64,000 nt of DNA from Sphagnum compactum (lineage: Eukaryota). Positions 46,901 through 60,487 of the stretch are shown in pieces. Position 1 is the stretch's first letter. The number at the start of each line of letters is the position of its first letter. A model generated the notes under the pieces. That model searched no databases. It was not told the origin of the DNA and was given only the letters and a program-made list of their open reading frames with translations. Location of the stretch: positions 30,432,213 to 30,496,212 of the forward strand of contig OZ234493.1 of the NCBI GenBank assembly GCA_965153455.1. The letters run 5' to 3'. Both the position numbers and the translations under genes were made by a program.

Positions 46901-49900
46901 TTCAAATGATCTTTGGTTTTGGTTATCATTCTTTCCATAAGGATATTAGATCATGCACTCACATCATACACCAAAAGTTGTTACCTTCATGTTTTTTGAT
47001 GTTTAGTTTTTGTAATTCTTGTTAGGTGCAAAACCAATGCAAATTGTCTTTTTATTTGTTAATAATGATGGTGCTTTGGAAACTTTAATGAGGCAATGGA
47101 TGAATTGTCCTTCCATATTCCAAAGGAGAAGGAGGGTTGCCTCCTTGAATATACATACTTCAAATTTCCTTCGAAATATAAATATCGCTTTCATCATAAA
47201 TGTGTGTGCACAATAATTTTAAAAATGTGAATTTTGAAAATAAAATAAAATATATGCCAAAAAAATTTAGGTACTAAAGTAGAATTGTTTGTCCTTGTGA
47301 ATTCTCTTGAAAAGAAATTATTACTTGTGCCGAAATTTAAATAAAATTAGGAATCTGCAAGATTTTAACTGTTAGGTTTGAATTGCAAACCTTAAAGTAC
47401 ACGGACTTTATATTGAGAAAGTTTAGACACACTAGATTATCCCATAACCTTGAAGAAAATGTGTATATTAATTTTGATAACCATTACTTGCCAAAAATTT
47501 CAGAATTAAACAACCAAATCCCAAAGTTAAATTTAAAATTTAATTAATTATTTGACAATTTGTTGCTGAATCCAATCAGGGAATATAATATGCCATTCCA
47601 AATCCCACCTCCTTTTGTTAAATTGCATATTTCAAAATTGTGAAATGATTCATTTCCCACCATTTTTTTGACATGCAAGATGAACTTACTATATCGAATA
47701 TGAAACCCACATCAATGATTTAAATTTTAACAAAATTTCAAGGGGGCATGTTTCACAACTAAAAACGGTTTTAATGGTTGTTGAAAATGCCATATTTCAA
47801 GGATGATTACTCCACCATTGTGGTGTAAAAAACATTCTTCCACCAAAGGACTATCAAATGGTGTGTGTTTTCCAAGCCCTTCACCATGAAAAATTAATAA
47901 GTTTGAATGGCTAGCCACTAACTCATGAACAAATTAACTATTGTTCATTGCCCAACCACCATGATTAGTTCATGTGTTGTTTTGATTGTTAACAACTGAA
48001 AATAAAGTGTGAACTATGGTGTTTATGGGTGGGAGAAGGACAACACTTGTGTTAAAAAATGGGTTGTGAAGTGTTAAAAAAATGGGTTGCCATATTTAAT
48101 CATGCTAAATAGTTTCCAACCGAACTCTTCAAGTTGTTTTAAATTTCAAAAACTTCAAAGCATGCTTTTAAAACATTGTTCTAATATGTCCCATTCAACC
48201 TTGTTTATGGATAATATTGTAACACTACTTTTGATCAATTTCACAAATTATATACTTACTATTGAGGGGACATATTTACTCAAAATGCTCCTTTAATATT
48301 ACAATAATGACAAGGAAAAGTGTTCAATGCAAACTAATATAAGCTATTGCAAATTAAGTGTTGAGAAACTTCAATTGTTTTAAACATTTTATTTGTTTGA
48401 ATAAAATACACTTACTTACCTAATTTTAGCCACTAGGTGTAATCATTATGTTTAGCCACTAAGTTTGTTCAAATTTTAGTCATTAAATTTATTTTAAATT
48501 TAGCCACCAAGTTTAACCATTATGTTTAACCACTAAATTTGGCATTAGGTTTAGCTTAAGTTGAACCATTAAATATCGTTAATAGATATATCCTAAATTT
48601 AGACATTAAGTATAACCACTAGGTTTAACCAGAATGTGGTGTTTTTAAAGAAAGATAACCAAACTTTAAATGTCCAAAGTACATTACTTACTATTAACCC
48701 CAAATGATGGACGTAAATTTGCTATTTTATTTTCCCCTTAACTTGCAAAAATTTGAACATAATTTTCAAAGTTGAATAAATTGCAAGTAAGAAGGCCTTG
48801 TCCAAATATTGAATAAGCCTTGTGAACAAGTGGAGGGTTTTGTCATTCAAGTGTGAAAATCAATATTAACACCTAATGGTAAGAATCAAATTTTCAATAA
48901 ATCAAATCTTCCTCCTATTCCATCAATGAATTTAAATGGTCCTTTTTCCCATCTTGAAATGCACCAAATCTTATTAGAATTGGATTGTTGCTAAAAACAC
49001 CTTGGAACACGTGAAATGGGAGGAGGCACACAAAAGTTCCTTAAATTTGGTGACCACCATACTTACGACCAATAAATAATTGGTAGATATTGCCAAAATC
49101 CATATTACTTTGAAAAATGGAGTTTAACAACCCAATTTTGAATATCTAGGATTATAACAATAGACATTAAGTATGTTAAGTCTCCTTATAGATTTTGTTG
49201 CCACCAAAAACTTGATTCATGCACAAAGGGATAATAGGGGTTATTTTGTTCCATTTAACCCTTTCTTGGTTAGGGGGTTGAAATGATTAAAGTTTAATTA
49301 GTAAACTAATCATTTCACTATTCGTATAACATAATAGATTAAAATAATAATAATAAGACGAGATTTATTTATTTTTATATTGAGTAAATTCGTCTGTAAG
49401 GTGAAAATTTTAGATGACATCTAAACAAACGATAGGTGATTAAGGCAAAGATAGATGAGGGGGTATTTTACTCGAGTCGAAATCATGGGGTTGAACTAAC
49501 CTCCTTATTGCACCCAAACTTGAAACCCAATCTAGAAAATACGGAGATTTTTAGTCCTAGGGATAAGATCTCCCAAAGCATCTTCCCCTTAAACTCAATG
49601 ACATGTCCCTCACCGACATATGTTTTTGAGTTATTCTACTTCTCTTTGTATGAATGAGAGAATGAGATAGAGTTATTCTTGTTTACTCTCTTAATTGATT
49701 CCCTTTATTGGCTCCATGTGAATGACATTATAAGTGATGTGATTGTTGAAGGGCCTTTGCTCAATTCCCCCAAAACACACCCACACACACACACACACAC
49801 ACATATACACATAGAGACACAAAACACACACATGACATGACCATGCTTCTTCAATTGTAGACCCACCCAATCAGGCACCCTTTGCTGACAAGACCATAAT

Positions 49901-50318
49901 GGGTGGGTTGTAAGTTGTAAGTCAAAAGCCCTCCTACTACATGTGAAGGCTGCAGGTAATAAACCTGTCCCATTGACCCCCCCCCCCCCCCAAAACCCTA
50001 AACCCTAAACCCCCCAAAAAATAAGAATAATAATAAATTCACAAAACAAGTACCTAGAGCAACAATGCACACAAGTTCAACCAATTGGGTTTTTTTAAAA
50101 TGAAAGTTTCAATTAATTAATTAATTAATTAATTAATTTGTTGGGTCCCTTTTCTTTTTAGGGTTTCTTTTTGCCCACTCAATTGGAAGGTAAGAAAAGA
50201 AGGGGGTGTTGGGTGGGGGGGGGGGAAAGGGGTGTTGGGGTTTTGTCTTCATCATAATGGCTTCAATTGTTATTGTCTCTTTTGGGTCAATTGCTTAGCT
50301 CCCCCCATAGTCTATATA

Positions 50319-50392
<74 letters not shown>

Positions 50393-50973
50393 TTGGGTTG
50401 GTAGAAAAAAAGGCTGTTTTGTTGTTGTTGTGGTGGTGCTTGTTGTTGTTGATGATGATGCAGCCATGGAGTGGAGTGTACCCACCCACACACTAGGCTA
50501 GGCTCCAGCTGCCTCATGCTTTGAATCACAGCTCAATTGCAACTGGCTAGCCTTGTCATTAGCTGCACAACAAAATCAATCTTCTGATGGGGTCTTTCTT
50601 TGTTGGCCTTTCTTTGCCTACCAAGGGCAAGAAGAAGGATATTGTTGTGTTTAGACTCATTATGGAGTTATAGTAGCTTAATGGATTTTAATAGGCCCCT
50701 AGGTAATAATAATACTAAACATAATAATAATGATAATAATAATAATAGGTCTATTTTTTATATGAGGATTATTTTTTTGCATAATTCATTAGCTTTCTCA
50801 CTACTCTTTTCCCCATGCCATACCTCTCTAGGTAGGGGAAGTATAAAATCCCATGTGTGTGGGATTTACTCAACTTTGTTGTTCAGAATCTTTGTGTGTG
50901 TGTGTGTGTGTGTCTCTCTCTTTCTCTATCTTTGTCTTGCCTAGAGACCCAATAGAAAATTTGCCTTATATTC

Positions 50974-51323
50974 GGAGGCCATGTTCTATCTCGTAATTTT
51001 CTTGTCACCCAAGACAAAGGATTATTCCATTCTTTTTTCTTGGAGGCCATATTCTATCTATCTCATAATTTTCTTGTCACCCAAGACAAAGGATTATTCC
51101 ATTCTTTTTCTTGGAGGCCATATTCTATCTATCTCGTAATTTTCTTGTCACCCAAGACAAAGGATTATTCCATTCTTTTTCATGGAGGCCATATTCTATC
51201 TATCTCGTAATTTTCTTGTCACCCAAGACAAAGGATTATTCCATTCTTTTTCTTGGAGGCCATATTCTATCTCGTAATTTTCTTGTCACCCAAGGGAAAG
51301 GATTATTCCGGTTCTTTTCTTGA
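50974..51323. repeat. Five near-identical tandem units of about 70 bp
   Basis: GGAGGCCATATTCTATCTATCTCGTAATTTTCTTGTCACCCAAGACAAAGGATTATTCCATTCTTTTTCTT at about 50974, 51042, 51113, 51184 and 51255. Confidence 0.92.
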
Positions 51324-52345
51324 GGTAGGTTCTTCCCTTTAAGAAGCATATCATGGCTTGTGTAGAAAGAAAAAGGATTATTCAACATCTTTTACTAGGA
51401 TCATTACAAGGGCCAATACTTCACCATCTAGGTCTCCACTTGCATGGGCCCTCTCCTTGTGGTAATGCCCTTGTCCTTGGGGTGTTGTTGTTCCCTTACA
51501 CTACATTGCCCAATATGAAGTCACCCAATATCACATCCGAAATTGTAAGTTTGTACTAGTTTTTAGTAGGTTCTTTGATTTGGGTGTGTTACAAATTTCC
51601 CTAATGTTTTCTTAAAAACATGGGTTTAGGGTTTTTTAAGTAAGTAAAGTACAAAATAGGCCGACCTTTACACCTATTTTTTATAGGTTGAAGTTTTAAT
51701 TAGTGGTAAAAGTTCATGCTTACACAAACCCCTAAACTTTTATTTTAATTTGTTGTGATACTCCAATACTTATACCTTTTTCTTTTTTTTTTGGTCTTCG
51801 AGAGTGCATAATGTGTGTACATTGGAATTGGACTCAATTTTAAAATCAAGTTTTGAAAATTCTTGAATTTGAAAAAAAAAAAAAGTGCCAAAACTAAAAT
51901 TGTAAGGTTTAAAAATATGAAAAACTGAATTCAAAAAAACCACACCAAAAGAAAGAACCTACCCGAAAAATAAAAAAATAAAAAATTACATTGAGGTCAA
52001 AAATTAAGGATCCCCTTAAAAGCCTTAGGGTCGAAGCAGCACCCACATTGGTACGACGATAAAAATCTCAAAAATTATTTAAGTCATTTTTAAATATTAT
52101 AAATATCTAACGTTGAGACTAAATCATGGTCTCCAAGTTTAAATTTAATAAATTTTTAAGGCTTAATATGGTTACTAAGAGGTGTCCTTATTCGTCAAGT
52201 GATTTCATTGAATTTTGAGTGAATTCATTGATCTAATGAACAAGGACTAATAAACTACACCCACATTTTGTTGTTTATTATTTTAAATAAATGATTAATT
52301 TTGGATGAAATAAAGAAGTCAAATAGTGTGAAACTCTCTTTAAGC

Positions 52346-52377
<32 letters not shown>

Positions 52378-53195
52378 TTATTTATTTATTTATTTGCAAC
52401 AACATATTGTAGTAGTAACTTGGAGGCAGATTTGACACATGTTTTGTCAATTAATTAATAAATTTTGAATAAATTTTCATTCTGAAAAATAATATATATT
52501 CTTGAAGATTCAGTACTTACCCTCCACATAAAAAAAATTATTTTTTAAAAGATTAAAAAAGTAATCAACATTTCTGAAAATAATATAATTATTAGTGTTG
52601 AAGCTATCTAGGAAGTAAGGCCTATACATTTGTGGCCAAGATTCAAATGCGAGAGACTCGGAACCCTAATTTTTCCCCGATGTATTCAAGTTACACATGC
52701 AAATCTACATATATGATGGCTGTTAATGTTTACACTATCTAGATTTATTTATGATATGAAATTTTTAAAGGTTTGAAATTTTTTTCATATGATTTTTTTT
52801 AAATTTTATTATTTTTGGGTTTCAATTGTAAAAGGGAAAATCATAGACAAAAAATCCTTCACTTTCTTTCAAAGGCCGTGTGGATGAAAAACCTTCATTG
52901 CAAAGGGCACCTTACGGAATAGCAAAAAGGCCATTATCATTGGCCATATATACCAGAACGGTTTTCACGAGAACCAGATGGATATTTTATATATTATGCA
53001 TAATTATATATTATATATATAATATATTTATTTTTAAAAAATTAAATGCAAAAAAGAATTTCAAAAAAACCAAGCCAGGTTTTTAAAACCCTAAACCTTA
53101 AACCCTAAAACTACTACTAGTTAGCACAAGGTATCAATTGGGGCTCTCATTGGCCCAATGATTCCGGAACCCTTTGCCAATTGGATGAAGATTTC

Positions 53196-53238
<43 letters not shown>

Positions 53239-54555
53239 GTGGATGAAAAGAGGGCATAATCATCCTCACCACGGATGGTTATGTCCGGTAACCTGCACAC
53301 CCTCGTTGGTTACCGAGTCCAAATAAAGAGATGACAATTCGTGGCCCACTATAGTTCCTATTAGAAAAAACAACCTCTGTGGGTATCAGACCAGTTCTTA
53401 AGGTTCATACCCATGGTTCTCAATAAAATAAAATAAAATAATACCTCTTTAAAATATAAATATAATTTTTAATTTTTTTTGAAAAACCCAAATGGCCATT
53501 CCCAAAATCATCGGTTTCTTTCATGAGAACTGATGGGTCTTTGAGGGTTTTGAATTTAGCCGGAACTGGCAGTTTTTTTTTTTAATTTTGATTTTTTAAT
53601 TTTTTTCCCTAAAACCCTGGAATTGCCAGTTCTCCCATTGTGATATATCTCAAGAATTGGAACCAGTGGAGATTAACAAAATCAAATACCCGCCTGGGCA
53701 ACACTGGTGACAACATGATGCAAACTTTTTTTTAAAAAAATAATTAATTTATTTTATTTTATTTTTGGGGGGGGGGGGGGGGCCTCCCACAAAACCCTTC
53801 ACTAATTTATTTTTATTAATCCCACAGCTTTCTTTTCCCACAAAATAAATGGAAATTCAAAAATATAATAATCCATATTTATTGCTTCATTGGAAGAAAC
53901 TTTCCCACACACACGGTGACAATACATATAATAATAATAATATACATATACATATACATATATAACCTGTAAAGAACCCCCATGGTTTTGGAGGCTGGTT
54001 ATTTGACTTTTTTTTCAAAATTTTGAGAACTGTGGTTATATATCTGAACCCATTCCTTGATAACCGACGGGGGTCTGTTCCCGTTTCTGATAACCTGGTG
54101 CACACTGGTGAAAGCCAATTGAGTTGTGTGGGCTGCATCCCATTTTTCAAAACACCTTCCAAATTTTTTTGTGTGTTGTGTTTTTTTTCCTATGATACCT
54201 GCCGAGTACCCTCTAGGTATCATGGAAAATTAATAATAATAATAATAATATAAATATAAAAATTGGTGGAGGTCCTTTACTCTTTTACCTAGTGTAGAGC
54301 TGTTACCTTTTTACATGTGCTTTTGATGATGTAGTTACATGAATTGTTGTGCTCTTGCACAATTGACTTTCCCTTGGAAAAATAGGTTTAGCTTTTTCTT
54401 TCTCTTTTGTTTGTGACAAAGTGTGTTTTTTTTTCCTACAACAAGCCAAGGTCTAGAGATTGGCTACAAATATACCAATGTGAAGACTTAATTGCCAAGG
54501 TAAGCATCTCAAATGGTGTGCAACAAAGGCCAACATTTTATTTGTGGAGGCAAAT

Positions 54556-55376
54556 TGAAGCGCCCCCAAGTTCCTTGTTAGACCCAAAAAGGGTCCAACT
54601 ATGTTAAAGAGCGAAAGTAGTTGGAACTTGGTGCCGCTCCCAGCTTCCAGCACTAAAGGGGGTGAAAAGGGCGTGCTGAAAGCTCCGGGATTAGACTAGG
54701 AAGAAGGACAACGTATCTAATTACTCGGTCCTGCATAAAAACCAACCAACAAGTTGGTTAGATCACATTCGGAATCACTCTTGGTGTTGGGACAAGCCAC
54801 GGGCAACACGAACTCATTTGACTTACCACGGCCCGGACTCGGGGGAAGCCACCACCTTCCCTCATATAATATTCTTTGCGTTTGCCCACGGCACCTACAT
54901 CCGAATGACTTTTTGTCTCGGGACTCCCAAGGAGGAGTCTCGATACTGTCCCGGTTTGGACTCCTTGGACTTTAGAATCTCATAACTCCCAGCTCAGACC
55001 TTCGATTGGGATGAGGTTTGAAGCAAACTTGTAGCTCTCCTCAAGAGCTTTCCAACGGTGTGTTGCACTCCACCTGCACACACCGGGATTGGGTCGATTC
55101 CCGACTTTTAGTGGTCGGGAGTCAAGCTGCCAGTTTGATTCCCGACCTTTCTTTTGACCATAACTTGTGCTTCAGATGTCTGAATGGCTCATGCAAGATC
55201 ATTTTGGACATCTACACTTCAAGACCTTTCCAACGGTATAAAGAACATCTCAATGCGAGGTGTTTTGACCCCTGCAATCAAGCTCTGAGTTTTTGGGAGT
55301 CCCAGAGGACTCTAAGTTCCCACTTTTGGGAGTGTGAGTTTCATCTTCACACTTGCTGCAAAGTGGGGTTGTGACC
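54556..55376 (-). mobile_element. Solo-LTR-like element, copy 2 (821 bp) with 5-bp target-site duplication CAAAT
   Basis: Reverse-complement relative of 763-1583 with the same length. It is flanked by CAAAT at 54551-54555 and 55377-55381. One terminal dinucleotide appears mutated. Confidence 0.85.
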
Positions 55377-56099
55377 CAAATGTAGGTGCTTGTCGTCACT
55401 TAAGAATTTGAATTGGACAACAAGATTAAAAAGCATGTTATAAAATTTGTTCCAACCATGCTTCTCATTAGTAGTTTAAGTAGCAATGAGTTAAAGGCTT
55501 AAATAGCAATTAAAGTCATTAGCTTAATGTTGAAATAAAATGTGATTTTTAGGTCAATGTTTTGACAAAAATTGCCATAGTGCAACATGGAGAAACACAA
55601 CATAAAATGACAGAAGGAAAAACAAGAAACAACACAAGATCCAAATGCAAAAAATATTAAGAAAATAACACAAACACAACTAATACTACTACTACTACTA
55701 CTAAAAATTGAAGGGGGTGTGAACTCCAATGTTTGTGGATCCTACCCACTATAGCCTAGCTCAAATCTACACAACCCACTCACATTAAAACCAAACCTGC
55801 AAACCCACATGTTAGCCTATGTTAATGCAAAAAACAAATTCCAATGGTTGAATATAGAAGCAATATAACTTAATGCCATGCCCAGAGTATTTGGAAAGCA
55901 TCCAACATGCAATAAGAGGCAAAGAAAAAAAAAACCAAAAGTGATTGACACATGCAATGTATAAAATCAAAATTAACCAACAATGAAAATGAGGCATATA
56001 TCTAGACCTCCTTTCCGTGATTTATCTTTATGCCTAAAAGGCTTGTAAATACCCTGGCATACATCTAGTACCAATTTGAATTGCATTATAAATTTGTGA

Positions 56100-58440
56100 T
56101 CAACTACCATAGAAGCTATGGTTCAAAAACTACACCAAGTCTTAATGGTAATACAACCAACAAATTTAAGATTGAGTTACATCCTTCAACTTATTGTCAA
56201 TCCAATCCTTGATGGCATCCCTAAAAGGAAAAATATCCTTGGGTGTTCATGTGCAAACATACTCACAATCAAATCCAACTTGGTAATTAGCTTATTTTGT
56301 AACTTGGATTTCATGAATGACAATGTGAAGAAACAACAATCGTTTTTTACACCAACCATAATCATAATTACAAACAATTTTGTTAAAGCAAAATAATTTA
56401 ACAATTGATGCTACAAAAGGGTGTCAGATGCAAGTTTAAACCAACATCGCATGACAAGGTTGCATAATATTGGTAGTTTCAAAGTAATTGCATGGTTGTT
56501 TTGCATAGTGATTTTGAAAAGAGATGTTCCAAGATCAAATTTGCCTTCATCAATAAGAGCTAGGATTTTCATCCAATTAGAATATGAGCCAATGACTTTT
56601 TCAAAACAAAAATGAACCTTTAGTAAGGTTAAACGACCTCAAAAAATTTCTTTAGCAAAAAAGTTCAACTAATACTGAGGATATATGATGCATGTGGCAT
56701 TCATTGAGTCCTAACTCGGGAATTGATATTCAAATTATGAAATCAAGCACACAACAACATGCGAACATTGCACTTTGACAATTTCAAAAAAAGTTGTCCA
56801 ATTATCTCTAGTGGTTCAAGTGAACACCCCAGTGTATGGGCATTTCTTATATAGTTGATATTGCTTGCCCTATAAATAAAAGATCACATATTGAATGCTT
56901 GTTGTTGAATTAGTCCACCATGTAATAAGTAGTTGGTCATTGCTACAATCATGCAAGTCCAAGAATGTTTTGAAATGTTCTTGGCCATACTTTGTTTCCA
57001 TATCAAAAAACAACTTCTACAATTTTACACAACACAACTTAGCATTAGTCACAAAATCACACACAAATGTGTCAAATGCTTGTGCAAACTTGATGAAGGC
57101 ATGAAGAGCCTTTAACATGGGCATGATCCACATCAACCCCATTATCACTTCAATGTCACAAAGATATTCAAAGTGTGTCTTTGTTACTATCACATGGTTT
57201 AAGTCATTGTTCATGTGAACCACTAGGGTTTTGTACTTAGCAAACATTTATTTCACTAGGGACAACATGGAAAACCACTTAGTCCTTACAATGAATAACA
57301 ATTTCAAATCCTTAATTCATATAGCTTGGCAAGGCTACCATGTTCAAAATGTTTTTTTTAGTGAAAAAAAATAGTATGTGCAAGTGGTGTGCAACAAGCC
57401 TTCAAACTTGACAACCTAGGGTTGATTAAAAAAGGTTAACACCATTAGGTTAGTGCAATGTGCCATGAAATGCATTTTGATTATAAATGGTGTTGATTTA
57501 GACTTAAATCGTGTAACAAAACTAGTCTATATGCCCATGGACACCACAACCCCATCATATCCAAAACATGTAAGCTTGTTAGCAACTTGTTATGTTGTCA
57601 AGCCCCCATTCTTCATCAATTGTGACCTTAGTATCAGTTGGGTGACATCATCATCAATGTCTCTGTTAAACACCTTCTCAAAATTTAGTAACATTAGCAC
57701 CTTCCTAAAGCCATCAACAATGTATGCATGCACATTACACCAAGATTGATTGTCAATTGTGGTTACTTCATCATAGTTAACAATGATGCACTTAGCCTTT
57801 TGGACAACAATTTTCATGGATTGCATGACAATGCGATGCATTGTTTTTACCATCTCCGAATATGTGGAATCATTTTAATGCTTGTGAGGCATGATTTCAC
57901 CTTCAAGAAATCAAATAGCATTTTCATGCTCTTGAAATTAGTCATAGGTTGACCGGATTTCAAAAGTCAAAATATGGCAACAAATTACAAGAACTTCTAC
58001 TTATTCTCATTAACCAAACCTCCAACACACACCATGTTTACAACAAAATTTTGACCTTTCTTGGAAAACCTTTGCTTGTTCTTAGCATGTTGGCTTTCTA
58101 TGGACATGAAATATTGCCCCACAACACACCCAATGTGTGCAACTTTACATTTTCACATCCTTGTGTGCTTTTGGGAACTATCAAACTTTAGCACTAACAT
58201 TTTTTTCCTTCCATCAATATTGTTGCCTACTTTGTTATAGATCATGTTCAATTTGCCATCACACCCCACCACAACGTTTGCCCATGATAACTTCACGGCC
58301 AAGACCTCTTGGAAGAAGTGATTTAATTATTAGCATTCACATTTTGTCATTTTTTTTCTGGATTGACAATTATAGAAGGTTCTTGGTTTTTATTATTTTC
58401 AAGCATCAACACCATCACTTGGTTAAGAAAGCATGAAGTC
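56100..58440 (-). mobile_element. Decayed hAT-superfamily (ZNF862-like) transposase remnant
   Basis: Minus-strand fragments NYDEVTTIDNQSWCNVHAYIVDGFRKVLMLLNFEKV and EYLCDIEVIMGLMWIMPMLKALHAFIKFAQ..FVCDFV resemble hAT DDE-domain segments. Many stops and frameshifts; termini not defined. Confidence 0.65.
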
Positions 58441-60393
58441 ACAGGCAAGCTATGATGTCTAAATGATGTAGTTTCAACAATAATAGGCACACATGCACTA
58501 AAGAAAAAATTATATTTGAAACCAACCAACAGTTGGCAAAGAATCATGTTGCAACAACCCAAGAAACGCATAAAATGAAAAACAACACACAAAATGAAGA
58601 AAAAAACCTTGAACAATTTTTTGTAAATAGCGAACTAGAATGTGAAGTCTAGGAGGATCTTTAAGTAAAATCCATGCATATAGAGGACAAGAAGGAGAAA
58701 TAAACAATGAAGGGATTAGGGGAAAAAATATACTTATCTAGATTTTAGAAGGTTGGAAGTTGCACTTTGTGTGTTTGCAAGCATGGAATTTGATGCCATC
58801 AACGACCAGATCCTCAGGTTGCTTTTGTTGTTAGTTGTTTTTCAAGCAATAATGTTGAATTCACATCTGCAACAATTTTTCATAAACCTATTGCAATTTC
58901 CATTAATACTCCTTGCCATAATGTAGCACTAGTGAATAACCAACAAGAGAACAAAACAATTCTTGTGAATAAAAATGAAGGCAGGGCAAGGGGAGGCAAC
59001 AATGTTGGAGTAATCAACATTATGCATAATCGACAACCTACCTCATCAACACATAGATAGGCGCCTGGCGATCAAGATGGTTGAAAGTCCACATCAATGA
59101 TATTGATCTCAATAGCAAGCTATTTATGATGAATCAACGTCGATCCCTCGACGATTCCCACCTTTTGGGTTATTGATGCAAGATTACCCCTAGATCCAAT
59201 GGTCGATTATGGAGAAATGAATGGTTTAGATCCATCCATTTTAACAAAGCCATGTCGTTTGGCCTTGTCAAAACTTGCCACTTGGCAAAATTTCGCAACA
59301 AAAAAAAACGTTGGTTTACAATATTGTTGAATAATAAGAAATTTCTCATGTATATTTATGTATCATTATTTTTTTTGCATACATGAGATAATGACACGTT
59401 AAAAATGCGCATAGTTGTTTCAAGTTTTTTTTTTTTTTTTCCTTTCTTTCTTTCAATTTTGTGATGTAGCTAAGGTGGTGATCGTCAATAAGCTAATTTG
59501 ACCAAATTTGGCTATTAACAAAACATGAAAAAAACAACATTCTTATACATTTTGCGCTACCGACTTGAACCGTGTAAAGAAATCTGGTCATTTTAAAAAT
59601 ATTTCTTTAGATTATTTTTTCAAAATTTGGTGATTGTTTTCCCAAAAAACCATTGAATTTGTGACCAAAAAATAGTCACAGCTATAAATAAAAAAATTAA
59701 AAGAAAACTCGTTCCAAAACTCCATTTTCAACAAAGGTTCCTTCATGAAAACTGCCAGTTCTTTGAAGTTTTTGAAACAAAAAGGACCAAAAATTGTTCA
59801 CTCTTTCCCTCTCCCTCTCTCCCTCCCCCCCCCCTTGCCCCTTCTCAAAAATCTGGAACCGGCGGTTCTCTAGTTCTCAAAGGGGGCTTAGGAGCTAATT
59901 GATCTAAAACCTTTGGATATATATATGTTTTTTTTTTAAAAATTCATTTAATTTTTTAATTTTTTTTAATTTATTTATTTTAGGCTAAAGCACTCAGGTT
60001 TTCAGACCAATGCACAAAACCTTTTTCTGAAACCAAAGTCCATTTTGGATCTGTCGAGAGGGGAAAAAAAAAGGGTCTTTGGGATTCAATTTTGGCTTGA
60101 ACTTGGAACCAATTTGTGGGTGGCAACAAGTTCATGTGTACTCTAGTCTTGTTGTGGGTGTTTCAAAGCTTGAGTGTTAATTGGGAGTGTCGAGGTTTGC
60201 AAATTAGATTTTATTAGCAAAATCAGTTGAAATTTTGTCACATTAAGGGGGAAAAATCCCAAACTTTTTCTAAAAACATTTTGGTAAAAAAAACCAACTT
60301 TTCAAAACTAATATGAGATTCCCTCACCTTGTATTTAATACCATAGTTAAAATATATATTTGTTCTGTTTGGATGGATGACGAACAGATGGAT

Positions 60394-60487
60394 GGATGGA
60401 AAGCTTCATTTCATCCCGATGTCTGGATGGAAAGCTTCATTTCATCCTGATGTCTGGATGGAAAGCTTCATTTCATCTCGAAGCTTC
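60394..60487. repeat. Three 31-bp tandem units GGATGGAAAGCTTCATTTCATCC...
   Basis: Directly visible triplication. Each unit is partly self-complementary (GGATG..CATCC). Confidence 0.85.

Noticed and set aside
41500-48700. Protein-coding or classifiable TE content in the AT-rich block
   Set aside because: Only short stop-ridden ORFs are present. It is probably old TE debris, but I cannot support a family assignment.
50455-50520. Possible miRNA precursor
   Set aside because: The stem is short and interrupted, and it matches no conserved plant miRNA I recall.
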